DNA of 64,000 bases, from positions 4,216,001-4,280,000 of the forward strand of contig CM119372.1 in the NCBI GenBank assembly GCA_051294905.1. Direction: 5' to 3'. The DNA comes from Botryllus schlosseri. Its lineage: Eukaryota. The notes beneath the pieces are model-generated. The model ran no database searches. It had not been told where the DNA came from and saw nothing but the letters and a program-made list of their open reading frames with translations. The position numbers and the translations under genes are program-made. This document shows, in pieces, positions 1 to 13,551 of this stretch. Numbering within the stretch: position 1 is the stretch's first letter; each line of letters opens with the position of its first letter.

Positions 1-76
1 GAAGTCAAGAAATATACATCGTAATTGCGATCAAAGTACTACCACTCAACTGTAAACGTTGAAATCATATCATTCT

Positions 77-3000
77 CTATATGCTTGTGTACGCGTCCGG
101 AATATCGTCATCAACTCTCATCGAGTAAACCCCGCGATTTTCGAAGTCAATCGTACGCGCGCTGCCGGGAACGTATCCGATCGCGGTGTCGTACGCTACG
201 CTTTTATCAGAGGGTCCCCACTTCGGACTGGGCTTGAACAACTGACATGAAAACGATTCGGTTTGCTGAACGTGAAGTCTTGCGGTTAAATCAAACGTCT
301 AACCTCTTTTATACTCTCCCCCTTGAGATAGGCACCGATCATCTTGTACACCATGCATATCGGAATAGCCGCTGCGCACGTAAATGTCATGCACAGGCCT
401 AGGTTCTCTGCCCACTGAGGATATACGTAGCCGTCGTACGAAATAGGCGTGTGGTAGACGGCAGAGTATATCGTGATGAACTGAAACACGAAAGGCCGCG
501 TTTTAAAAGGGTTGGTTTGATGATGAATATAGCGATTCGCATCATTCAAATGTGCGCGGTAGAATCTGTATGATCTGGTCGTTACTTGATAACAGCTGTT
601 TTTCAACAAACACATGATGCGCTGGTTACCGCAATAAAAGAATTTGCCACCTTGAGCTATTTTTAGCGATCGTCACTTTCACTCACAATCAAACATATTA
701 TATCCCATTCAGGCACAGAATTGGAGTGACTTCCACAGCCATTGGGTATATTGTGTGTCGAGCACTACTCCACGATAAATATGAAAAACTGCACATATTA
801 CTACTACTGTGTTTACTTTTTCGTTTGAGCGCTTTCTCATTGTATTGTTGAATAGATTCACTAAAAGCTTTTCGTCTGTCTCTAGTCAGTAACCTACGTT
901 AGTAACATGGCCATTTCTACTCGCAGTTTCGGTAAGATTTTGTCATACGTAGCGACGGAATTACGAAAATAAAGAAATATATTAGTATACAGTGCATTAC
1001 GATACACGGTATATACCATTGCATTCTAAATGTGCATGGGTAAGGGGTGTGGACGAATAACTTGGGCGCTACATCGTGAATACTCGACTCGGACTTGTTC
1101 AGATAAAAGTTTGGGAAACCACTCTGAAACATCTCTCTCTTGGTACAGAGTAGAATCCGCAATAACTTGGAAATTCAATTGAACTCCAAATTGGAAAGAA
1201 ATGCAGCAAAAGTCAAGTTTTGTTCATATCAAATCAGATTTCATGCTCATAAGCATGAGAATGATATATGTATGTACAGTTGTACATCATTCTTGACCCG
1301 ATTCGTATAATACGGTTCTCCTACAGCATTTTCGGGACAACCAGAAGTTACAATACCATTAGAATGAGAGCAAAGAAACATTTCACAAATTCGATCAGAA
1401 TAAGATTACCGACTTTTCGCTCTAATTAGTCTAACTATATAACTATAGAATTATGTTATTGTCCAAGTCTGGTACAGAATCTCTCTCTTTTCTGAAGCCC
1501 ACCCCGCAGCTGCATAGCACCAGTTAGTGAGACAATATCGTATCTCACCAATATCATTGCCGGTGTAACACCCATCCACCCGAGTCGGAAGTATATGTTC
1601 GGTGTTGACCCCAACATGAGTTCAATATCTCGATTGAATCTCCACCGAGTTGTAAAGAAATACCCTGAAAAACAACGCAAATCCACACCGGGAAACAGGA
1701 ATACCAACGGTCGTCAAACTTACCGTAACCCCAGTTCAGTGTCACACACAGAACGAATGCTAATATGAGTAACCCGTAGAAAGAGGAATACCACTCGTAT
1801 AGATTGAACCAGTATATTCCACCCTAGCCAAAAATAGCGGGCGTGGAAAGTGACAACGATGACGCAATCGCATTCAATACAAACCTCAGTCACGAGCAGT
1901 AAACCCAACAGAAAGCCGGTTACACACACAGCGACCATAAGGTGAATCTTTCTGGTGCGGAAAAAGTTTGGGAATTCGTCTGATATACCGGTAACCACGG
2001 TTTCAATCGTAGCAAACTGAAATGCATACAGTATTAACCAGATTGTGATCGTGGATAAATAGAACTACTGTAAAGTCATGACCATCTGCATATTTGCACT
2101 ACGCACTGCACGAAAATCGGCTGTAAGACCGTATGATACCTCTGGTGGCAGATGATGTTACAGAATCGAAATTCTACTGTTGCAGCGGTCATAAGCCTTG
2201 CAGTGGCGTTGCATTAACAGGTCTACAGCCTATCATTCTATTTGCTGTTTGATGGGAATCACCGACTTGCGCGTTAAATGAATATATTCGTCCGATCCAC
2301 GTTGTCACTGAGTCAATTATCGTCACAAATTCTCAACTATCTCCTTACCTGACTGTCGATTCCGAGTAGGAAAAGCATGATGAAAAACAAAACCGACCAC
2401 AGCTGAGGAAGAGGTAACAACGAAACTGCTTCAGGATATGCAATGAACGTTAGTCCCGGGCCTGAGTGTAAAATATGTCAATGTAGTCGTAGGAAGATGA
2501 TATTGTTGTGTCAACCGAGTCTAACCTTCACTCGCGACATCCTCTACGTCCAGTCCAAGTCTGAACGCCATGTTTCCGATGATAGAAAATATCACGAATC
2601 CGGCAAACACGCTAGTACAGCAGTTACCCAGTGTTACAATCAATGTATCTCTGTGAATATGTGTACAGTATTTGGACAAGCTATTTCATGCTTTTAAACC
2701 GTGGTTCACAATATTTTTCAGGCTCAGATGTGTGACCCGAGCCTACCTTAAATCGATAAATGGACAGTTGGACACTGGACACGGACAGTGGACGTCGGAC
2801 AGCTTTTAGTAGGCCACGCCCGATTTTGACCCTGCTTACTCACTGTGCTTAGCATGTAGGTCTGTAGATGGTATCCTGTATTGTATATTGGTCATTTTGT
2901 TGATCGCGATCTATTAGTACGATCGCGCAGTCACCAGTCATTCCTAGTATATTGCGGTACCGTTTCGATCGCGACGGTTTCTGTAGACCACCTAGCAGTT

Positions 3001-6000
3001 ATATCCAAAGGCCATTAATACGTGAAAGGGGCAATTTAAACATCAAATTATTGTTGTCGGCACCAAATCCAAACCTCAATTTCAGAGCAATGAGGTCATA
3101 ACCAAGGCAGAGAACTCTTCGCAGCCAATGATCTAAAGTATTCAAATCGCAGATTGGTCAGTTTAGTTTCCAACGTGCCGATATCGCCTCCAGTGGGCGA
3201 TTTTGAAAAACAAGGGGTGAAAATCTAAAAGGGGGCGCTAGGAGACGAAAATGTTACAGTGTCCAGTGTGATATATTAAACTAACACGGTCAGAAATGCA
3301 CACGAATACGGCTTATTCTGCATATGATGCGACAAAAGATCAACTCAACGGAAGTTAGACGCGTATATACCGGTTTTCCTGGCACCTACTACCTTAGAAA
3401 ATGCCCTATTTTAGTAGATTCGTCAGTGATCGGAGTTAGGTTATTAAATATTCCTATTTTATGTCCTCCTTTTCGGATCCGTAAGTATGGAGGGCGACAA
3501 TTTGTGTCGAGACTGACAAGTGGGCGATGAGTCGAAAAAGGTTGGGAAGCACTGCGCGTATAGATCGTAGCATCTTCGGCATCCGCAATGTAGAACTCAC
3601 TCTGCCAAAATGCCATGAAGGCTCGGCATGAGCATTGAGCAGCCTTGATGCAGGTCAATAAGGAATGGAATTCGTTGGCGTTGAGGCATGCGTTCTATTG
3701 TGAAAATATTATGAATGTGCATTGCGCATTGCAATGCTTATTGTGGGACCCATTCAGGAATGAGGTTGCAGATGAACTTGCACATTCCACCGCCTCTTTC
3801 GCATTTGACAGTCAAGGAATACCTCAAATTACCTATAGAGATGTCAAGAATGAAGTACGCAAATACGTCTGGACTGAGTGGCAGACCGAGTACCGTTCAA
3901 CAGAGACGGGAAACCACTACAAACGTTTCCACCAAACGGTACAAACAACGTTTCCCTCGATGCACAGATCGCGTTTGTATGAAACGATAATATTCCGTCT
4001 CCGATCCGGCCATTGTCGCCTAAAAGGGCATTTATTTAAAATAGGCTGCATCGACACGCCATTGTGTGACTTATGCCTCGTACCCGAGAATGTGGATCAC
4101 TTCCTCCTCGTATGCCCAAAATACGATTGGCACCGAGCATATTTGGTTGATTTCTGCTTGAACTTGAAAGTCGAGTTCACCACATATAACCTTCTCGTAC
4201 GACCAGAACTTCTCTCGCCTCTCGTTGAGTTAGTCCTGGCCAGCAATGTGTTGATTTGAGCAAATGTTTTTTAGGCACACGATTTGCGACATGTAATACG
4301 ACATTTCTGTCGTGGCACACCTGACCGATAAGGTGACAAGCGCCACAATGTCCCATTTTCACAATTAATAATAATAAATCGTTCCATATTTCTAATCTCG
4401 GTTTCAATTTACTTTGGGGCAAACAAGTTATATATTTGACAGCAATATAAATTTGAATAGTGTGTATATTAAGAAGCAGTTTATCCGCCTTGCTGAAGTT
4501 TCAGTTTCTTCAACGCACTATCAGCATTGTTGTCCCTTACAAATTGAGAAAGGGTATCGCAATTGTTTCCACTGATTTTATTTAAGGTAAGCTGATATAT
4601 AAGTATAACATAAGAAGAATTCTACCTGAACAAGTTGTTGTTGAACTTGTTGTATGAAGCAAAGGTTAGTAGCCCTCCGAACCCGATTCCGAGTGAGTAA
4701 AATATTTGAGTTGCAGCATCCTTCCATACCTGCAAGCATAATTGGATATGTGATATGGTTATCTATATTGTTATGGAGTGATTATAGCAGGGTCGGATAA
4801 CCTGCCGGCTTTTGCCTATGGCCTGCGTCGTTATTACGTATTGGTATATGTAACCAACATAACATTAGTGTGTTTGTATAAATTTCCCCATGAAATATAT
4901 TAGCAGGGAGAGGGTCTTCTAAAAGTAATGGCAAAACTGCTCTTTCTTGATAACAATTTTTACTGAATAAATACTAGTCAACCCTCAAGTTTTCCGGACC
5001 ACGACCGGAAATATCGATCTTGCCTTCCGACACATGCCACCTATTTTTTCGCCACTCCTTTTATATTAGCTTCATTTACTTTTCATACAGTATACACTGT
5101 AATGCCTCCTACTTACATCGCCTAGGCCAGGAGGGTGGGTGATTACAAAGACTACTTCAAGTCGTTTCGACACCTTCCTATCTTTCATTATTGTATCGCA
5201 GTCTTGTTGTGTGTTGAAATGATGAAATTGTTAACAATAAATCGAACCCGCATTACTTACTTACACCCTCACTGGGAGCAGAATCTCAAGAATAATTCTT
5301 ACTAGCGTGATTCCGCAGAGTAGACGTGGAATTTGAGCAGGACATTAGAAAATGATTCGCGATTCAATCGGGCCGAATGCCCAATGTTCATTCGACCCAG
5401 CAATGATAAAAAAGTTGTTCTGATTTCCGACGTCAAATCGGGCTAATATTATGCTGTAATCAACTACCTTGTTCGGACCCGATGTATAAGTCCTAGTTCC
5501 ATCGCTACCACAGATTTAGGCTCCGCTGAGGATATCTAATGAAAATATTGAAATGAAAATTGCAAATAGCATTGTGATCGCTTAGAGCAGTGGTTCCCAA
5601 CCTTTTTTAGACACGCCCCCCTTTATGATAGTGGAAAATTTCGCGCCCCCCTTATCTTCATATCACAAAATCCAACCGGGATGCTAGCAACCTCAACAGA
5701 TTGTTTTATGGCATGGAAGGTTATGACTGTTGATGAAATAATAAAACAATATGAAATTCGGTCTATATATAGAGAAACACGCGCGAATTGGAGGTAAATC
5801 GCGCAGAGCGCGAAAATATTTTCAGTTGACCGCTTCTTCGCGCCTTTTTCAGATGCTTTCACGCCCCATCCCAAGGAGGGCGTGCCCCCATGTTGAGAAC
5901 TACTGGCTTAGAGCAAACATTGTAATATTAGCACCACGGGAACACTATTATTACGTTATAACATCCACGATATCACATCACTCGTGTGCCCTAGGTTTGC

Positions 6001-9000
6001 ATACCGAGTTTGAAAATGAAAAATAATATATGACTGGCCCCCTAAAGATTTGTCTAAAGTCATAATACTCGAAAGGTTCACTATACATCTGATGAAGCCT
6101 ATAGCTAGAGATAGCACGACAATATCGAAAATACTGTACGACGAAATGCCTCACCTTAGCATCTGATAAAAGCTCCCATTTCGGTACAATATAAAAGTAA
6201 ATTCCGTCTCCAGCTCCCTCGAGAGTAACTCCACGAAAAAATAGGATAATGAGAATAAGATAGGGGAATGTTGCTGTGAAATATACCACCTGGAATAACG
6301 CAGAAAACAGGCGAATCATGCCCCCAAAAGAATAAAATTTAATAGATTACGATACGAGACTGACAGACTGTATACTTACTTTCCCTGATGACTTTACTCC
6401 TTTGGCCAAACACACGAAGACAACGATCCATGCCAGCAACAGGCAAAGACACAGATCCCACAAAACTTCTCCAGGGTCATCAATGCCCGTACTTCTATCC
6501 ATTCGCAGAACTCTGTATCTGTACAGCGTGCAATACATGCAACATATAGTAATGGATCGGTTTTAGGGTTGCCATATTTCGCGAGTCGGAAAGAGGACAC
6601 TTTTTTCAAATCGCAAAGTTTAGATTACTGGAATAGAAAACTGACGATTCTGAAATTTGTCAAAGCTATAAAGGAGGACGAATTCCCAAAATGGAGGATA
6701 TTTAAGCGTCCCGGGGCACATTTTCGGTTTCCTGAAAACGGAGGTTAAATCCTCCTAATGGAGGACATTTATGGTAGCCCTAGTTGGTTTGAATTTTGCG
6801 TTCCCCATTCAATTTGCCTTTTCCGTCCCTATGTCGCATATTCAATAGCACCAAGAGTTCTGGTGTATAAAATACGACTGGTTTACACCACATTACTATT
6901 TATTACGCACGATATATATATATATGTCTGATTGAGAGATATAGAGTATTCACATCGATGTCGACTATTATGCAGGCTAAATACAGGAGCAACATTCATA
7001 CTTCCAGTATTCCTCGCTTGGGCTAACCCGTTTTGGTGCGTCTGTTGAGTTGATCGTTTGGTTAACGCCAAGTGTAGTAGTATAATCTGGTGACGCCGTC
7101 GTGGAGTTTGCAAAAGTATCATTCTAAAAGGGATTGTTAATAACAAATTGTTAGTAATCATATCTCCGTTCGGGAAATAAGCCAAGTTAGTTCGTGATCT
7201 GTTTTAACACGTGTGTGAGGCCTATAGCATTAAACATGATGTCGTCAACGGGCTTAGCTCATCGACAGTATGGATGAAGCAGGTCAAAATTGTAGCTCTG
7301 ATGTTTATTGGCGAAATGATTCGCTCTATTCAGACTTTCATACCTCTGTCTGTGGTAATAAGTGTATTTGCTTAACTTCACGTACCAGAATAGGCAGTAT
7401 TGCATTTCAAGTTATTACGAACCCACGGTCACTCACTCCGAGGCTTTGTTGACAAACGGCATCCGTATTCCAATCTTCACACGTCAACGTCCACGGCAGA
7501 ACGGATTGAAATGACGCAAACAAGTAGAACAACGCGTAAGCGATTACCATGTTGTAGTAAATGGAGACCAAGGCGGATACTGCGATCATTCCTACCCCGA
7601 TACCTGAAATGATTGAACTGTAATCGAGAATAATCCCGCCTTCGTATAGATCGGAACCCAGATGACTGAGAGTAGACCGTAAAGCAGGGGTTCCCAAACT
7701 TTTTAAAACTGTGTAACCGTTCGTATTACATACATGAACGGCGTACCTCTCACAGCTAATGCTGCATAAACAGTACGCAATTGTATGACAAAACACAATA
7801 ACAAACTATGTAGTTACACTTTCAAACGCCATTTCACTGTGATGGATGATCGTGGAGTTACTCCAAGAGTAAATCTATTCTTGGAAGTGTTTTGGAAATT
7901 CTGCCACGAAATGTGTTCGGCGTCCTACACATTTGCGCATTCATGAAAAAACCTTGCTCACAAGTTGCAACTGCAACCTTTAAGTGAAGGGGAATGTAAT
8001 AATAACGCGTAACGCTTGCGACGACACCTTTGGCTATGATCGCAACATGTAGGCTACCAATATAGTCATTTCTATCTATCATCTCATCTTGAAGATATTC
8101 TGGAATAGCGGTCATGTATATCATAGGAGAAATAGGAGATCTCCACAGACTCATTATCTCCAAAACACCAACAAAATTCCTGAACAGCAATATGTTAGTA
8201 CAGTGGTTCTCAACCTTCTTGTCTTCGTGGCCACCCTTTGAACCGTCACGGACCCCCGCGGACCCCCTTGAGCTTTCGTTCCAAATTTGCTCAATTATCG
8301 TCAACTGTCTTGTGTAAATGTAGACTAGTGATAACAGCCACAAAATGATTTGTTTTGAAAATAACAGCACACTATATGTAAAAATTGGGTAGACTTTTTT
8401 ATTTCGAAGGGAATTTTCCAGCTGTATTTATTGTCTTGAAAATCAGCGTCTTCGATTTGATATGAATGAGTGTCGAAAATCCACTTCCACAAAGATATAT
8501 TGGTGGTGAATGTAATATTAGAGTAACGCTTCCGACGACAGCTGTTGGGGTGAGTTTCTAATGAACATATCACGTCCAGCCTATATATTCATTTTTCTCT
8601 ACCATCTCATATTAAAGTCATTTAGTAGTTTTATTACAGGAGAAAATGTATTTCGTGGCAAGGATTCAACTTCTTCATTGGGACAGATTTGCAAATTTCA
8701 AACGACCGTTTACTAATTTGCTGAGACTGACAATTCCAAATCCAAAATGTTTTGCAAACATCTCGAAGTCACCCTGTTCTACCTTGCTATCTCCGACATT
8801 TTCTTTTTCACAAACCCCTACAAAACATCTCTAAACAGCAATATGTTTGCATCAGCAGGCTATTGGCAATTTGACAATTAAAATGAGTTTGCACAGTCGG
8901 ATATTTCATCTCAGATGACCATTTCAATGATGTGAGTCCTAACGTTTTAGTTATTATGAAGCGAAACTGGATCATGCTTTTCCTAATTAAAAATCTATTA

Positions 9001-10195
9001 AAAATTAGGCTGTCACTCATTTTACAAATTTAGAGGCTTCGTGGACCCCCTGAAAATGCTTCACGGACCCCTGTTGAGAACCTTTGTTTTAGTCTAGGTA
9101 AGCTATTGGCAATTAGGCAATTAAAATGAGTTTGCACAGTGGAGTATTTCGTCTCAGATGGCCATTCTGTTTATGTGAGTCCTGAAGTTTTAGCAGTTAT
9201 GAAGCGAAAGTTCTTCGTGATTTCTTTAATTTAAAACAAAATAAAAATTAGCAACTAGTTTTGCAAATTCGGGGGTTTCGCGGACCCCCGGTTGAGAACC
9301 ACTGGTATAATGTTAAAAATTCATGTCTAGAAACTCGGACGAGTTGCATATATCTAAGCCCAACCGTAGTTAGTTTCATAAAATCAATTGCCTTAAAGGT
9401 TTTCGTTGGCTCCTAATCACCGGCGAAGCTGCTAAAGCAATGACTCTCTGAGAGTGCTATAATTAGGCAGATATGAATTGCAGCAGCAAACGTCCGAGGA
9501 CTATCGATGCATAAATATCATAATTCGTAATATCATAACAAAAGCCAAATGCTTGTATATCACTCATTCCACTGTCGTGCTATATCATCAGGATGATAAT
9601 ATATACGTGTCTGGCACCAGGTCAGGTTGAAATACTTCGCAAACATGACCTGTCACTGGAAGAATGAGGGTATTTCCAAGATTTTGTATTCACCCCGACG
9701 AGTGTGTTATTGAGCTGATTGATGAATGAGTTATGATAATACACCACGGATACAGTCACGTCGATGGATATGTGTAGCTGGATGCTTTTTCTTACCTTTA
9801 AACGCAGGGCTAGCTCTCCAAGCCGACACTGGTCCAAGACCGGAGAATTGACCCAGGGTGAGCTCCATTAAAAACAACGGTATACCGGCCAAACACAACA
9901 TGATGACGTACGGAATCAAAAACGCCCCTGAAAACATGATCATCATAACCAATCTCCCAGTGGGGTACAAGTTAACAAAAAATGTTGTTGATGATAATAA
10001 TAATAATAATAATGATTCCTTCAAGCGAACCGCTTCGGTAGATGAGAAAATACTTACCTCCACCATTCCTGTAGCACAAATATGGAAAGCGCCAGACGTT
10101 TCCCAATCCGACGCAATAACCGATGCACGAGAGTAGAAATTCAATTTGCCCTCCCCACTTCCCACGGTCCTCATGCTCATTGACAGTACCTGGCC
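77..10195 (-). CDS. SLC6A7: SLC6 Na+/Cl- dependent amino-acid transporter, proline transporter (PROT/SLC6A7)-like; 14 exons, N-terminal exon not securely found
   Basis: Exons (minus): 10195-10058, 9927-9796, 7603-7437, 7123-7002, 6518-6380, 6289-6155, 4729-4626, 2650-2526, 2461-2349, 2016-1885, 1823-1724, 1664-1549, 480-304, 241-77 (stop). All are GT-AG and phase-consistent. Motifs: [99 protein letters not shown]. Confidence 0.93.
3368..3554. mobile_element. hAT-type MITE
   Basis: 8-bp TSD CGCGTATA at 3360-3367 and 3555-3562. Right TIR gttgggaagcactg; left TIR degenerate. Confidence 0.6.
3751..4378 (+). mobile_element. 5'-truncated I-group LINE of a different family (RNase H end + CCHC + 3' UTR + (TAA)n)
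   Basis: NEVADELA...[18 protein letters not shown]...[20 protein letters not shown] to a stop at 4259. Clearly homologous to the C-terminus of the full-length ORF2. Tail aattaataataataa. Confidence 0.9.
5588..5905. mobile_element. hAT (Charlie-like) MITE
   Basis: TIRs cagtggttcccaac / gttgagaactactg. Perfect 8-bp TSD GCTTAGAG. Confidence 0.9.
6564..6782. mobile_element. hAT-type MITE
   Basis: TIRs tagggttgccata / tatggtagcccta. TSD atcggttt vs gttggttt (6/8). Confidence 0.7.
8201..9304. mobile_element. hAT non-autonomous element with duplicated right end
   Basis: Left TIR cagtggttctcaacc. Right ends gttgagaacctttg (9086) and ggttgagaaccactg (9304). About 250-bp tandem duplication. Confidence 0.75.
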
Positions 10196-13100
10196 CTGTT
10201 TTCTAACGAAATTAACAACATGCATTAAATATCGCGATCAAGGCGGGAATGGAAACTATACACTTCCCGATTTGTGAGCTGGAATTTCAAATCGAGTTAA
10301 ATTTATCATATATTATTTTCTAAATTCGATATTAAATCCTCTCACCGTCTCGTCGCCCATGCTGCGTATGCTTTAATCTGTAGGCCAGATGTCCTTAAAT
10401 TAAAAGCGTATGGGGTCATTCACAACAGAGAGTATGATACAGTCTAAAAATTAACAAACACAAGAAATAATATCTGATTCTAGGTAGCCAGTTTGATTCT
10501 GCTGTCTGACGCGTGACGCGTGTACTTTATTTTGGGTTTACCAATTACATACACCTATTTTTTCAGGTTTTACGAGAGACGAGAGTTCAATGGAATAGTA
10601 CCCGTTCTATTATACAAAATGCATTACTGTGAAATTCCAGCAAATGGACGATGTCACTCCTTACGTCAACATTGGTTTCATAAAATTACGATACAAAGGA
10701 GTTATAGGAATATCGTGATTTTTATGGATATCACAGCAAATAGTTCCTCAATTCCGAATACAACTATTCGCAGAGCTGTCTTACTGTAATTTTTCCGAAT
10801 CACGTCCACGAAATGTAGACTCCAACAGACATATGCGTTTCAAAGCCCTAACCGACACGACCGAATCCCACCCATGAGGAGCCCAAGCTCGAATTGGGGT
10901 CGGAAATTAGTAGATAAATCAACAGGGTTGGATATATTCAACTTGAAAATTTGTCTTCGCGTTTCAAAAGATTTACTGTAACTGGATTAAGTGGCGGGAT
11001 AGAGTCCGGTCGAGGTCGACTCAAAAATCCCTTCCCAAGTGTTAGAGGTTATCTAGGCTTCTCGCCTTCTGATCCGCTTAAGCGTTGTCTTGAAAAGCCT
11101 TGAAGTGGGCCATGTCACAAGTCGGCAGCTACGGAATCAAAATAAAGAATATCGGCCTGGTGTAATAGATCATTGCAGTCGAAAAACACAATGAATACCA
11201 CAAAAAAACACTGTAACCAGATCCACCGATTTTGTAGGGTGCACAAACTGCACAAGCACATGTATAGAAATGATTCAAACTATACCAAAAAGTGGGGTCA
11301 TCTTAATATCGATTGTGACCGGCGTAGACTGAGCCATTCGGTACCTGACGAAAGTAGGTTCCCTTTTAGTTTAGTATGTTACGTACCAGCGATTCTAATA
11401 TCTTTCAAGTGACGATAATAATTAATCGGACAATCGCAATACTTTGCCTCGTCCTAATCGCTGGTGCGAAGACAATTAATAGCGCGCATTTGTCATCTAT
11501 TACCTACATCAAAGTAAAGTCCAAGCACATTCATTTGCATGCGTGAAATGAACTGCTTATGCGTAGGCCTATATCACTGCCAATGAGTTTTGTATACGCA
11601 CGTTCGATTTGTTTAGTAGCCTACTGCGGAAGATGTCAGATGTAGTTTCAGGTAGAATATACCAACGTGGTACATGTGATTATTGTATATGTGTGATATT
11701 ACCGATCGCGTGTTCTGGTGGCATAAGCTCCCTGAAGTTGCGTTTATCAGCAAGACCGATCCCAAGCCTTTTAAGGGAGGGGCTGACAAAGTGCTGTTAA
11801 GGTGCCGATGTCTTTCAAGCGCAAAATATTCATCACATTTTCATAAGCTACCACGTGTAGTTTTCTCCGCTGATCTCCGTATCAAGTCATCAATAGAATA
11901 TTACAGTCACTCCAATAGTAGTCATTTCACTCAATTCAAACGTTTACCAAATCCTAAACCCCTTACACCTGACTGCTTCTTTAGCACATAATGGTTGAAC
12001 AAATGACATCCGGGCCCTCCCTAAATCGAGTTAGGGTTAGAGATAAGGTTAGCTTGTGATAAAGTTATAGCTTGGATATTTTGAGTGAATGGCTATCCTG
12101 ACACTAGCTGTTTTGACGCTCGCTATTTTGAATGCTTCGCTGTTATGGCACTATATTTCATGACAGTCAGTATCTTAAATCCTCGCCAATATGGCGCTAG
12201 GTGTCTTGAAGTCGCGGTTTGGAGACTTGGTGTTTCGACACGCGAGCCGAGAAAAAGGCTTTGAAACGATGTCATTGGCGGATTTCACTGATAAATCTGG
12301 ACCAGAAATCTAGTGTCTCGCGATCCCAGGCGAGACTTGAACTTGAACATTGCCGTGCGAAACGAGCCAAGCTTGCTCTACAGACATTTGCCATTATCGT
12401 GCTTGTGGGAAGGAATTTAGATTTCATTTGATATGAACTGAACTTAATTCAATATCCAGGTTCTCGCGAATTCAGTAATTCTACTTCTAATCTAATTTGG
12501 AAAAAATGTGTAGTTATAATTCTGATTCTAATCTAATTTGAAAAATGAGTAGCTATAATTCTAATTCTACTCTAATTTGGAAAAACTGAAAACTTTCTAG
12601 TTATCAAAGTTTGTCCCAGGTTGTCTACTGTTATGGACTTGCGACTACATCCGTACCTCTGAAATATCGTATAATTATCCCATACGTATAAGGACGGAAG
12701 TGGTGGAGATTGTTTGCTAGCCCCGAGAGAAGTTGACAATGCAAACACTACCGGGACGACCCGAAATTCATTTTATATGACGGATGACATGTCACTGCAT
12801 TTTAATTTCAAAAGATATTCGGAGTCGCTATGAATGCGAAACTGTAAGCTGTCATATTATCAATCACGCAAGTTTAAACTTGCTCGCAATTTTCGCTCTG
12901 TCGAAATGGCCACAATCTTTTGTCAACCAATCTCTCTATTGTGCCGCCAACCGTTATTTATATCATAAGTACTAAGTACACCTTGAATGCTGTAAATAAC
13001 ACATTTCGCGACATCATGCCACAGTAACCCATAACCTTACACTTGTTAACAAAAAGCATGTTTGATTTGTGCAATCGTCATGTGGAATATTGGAAACCGT

Positions 13101-13551
13101 CTAGGGACGGTGCGTGAGCTCGGTTCACGTGCGTGTGGCGTATGCGAACCTTGATAGTTCAGGAAACGGCGGAAAGAGAAGTTAGAAAGTCACGCGGACA
13201 TTCTCAGCACACGCTGATTAAGATATGCTAATACATTCAAAGGCCGTTGGGACGTGGATCTTCACTTGTCCAGTGCAGATGGCAACATCTTTGCTCAAGT
13301 CTAGCAATTCAAAATTCTCACAGGTTAACTTTAACATGGCTTTCGCGTCCCAATTGCAAACCCTTGCACAGCTGAACATGCCAGATCTATGTGACTTTTA
13401 CTTGAAAGTGACCACGGGGGAAATTTCATGTGACTGACTGATTTAGTTCTAATTTTTACTTTAAAAAATCGAAGGGTCCGCGCGGAGTACCCTGCACAGT
13501 GCACACGCAGGTTCGGCGCTTTTGATTTCAAAGTGCCTGAATCGTATAATG

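Noticed and set aside
7858-9020. 170-aa and shorter ORFs in the SLC6 intron
   Set aside because: They run across a MITE boundary, have no transposase motifs and show intron-like composition.
12470-12600. Regularly spaced AATTCTAATCTAATTTGG repeats (CRISPR-like look)
   Set aside because: Degenerate internal repeats of a dispersed MITE in eukaryotic DNA; no unique spacers and no cas genes.
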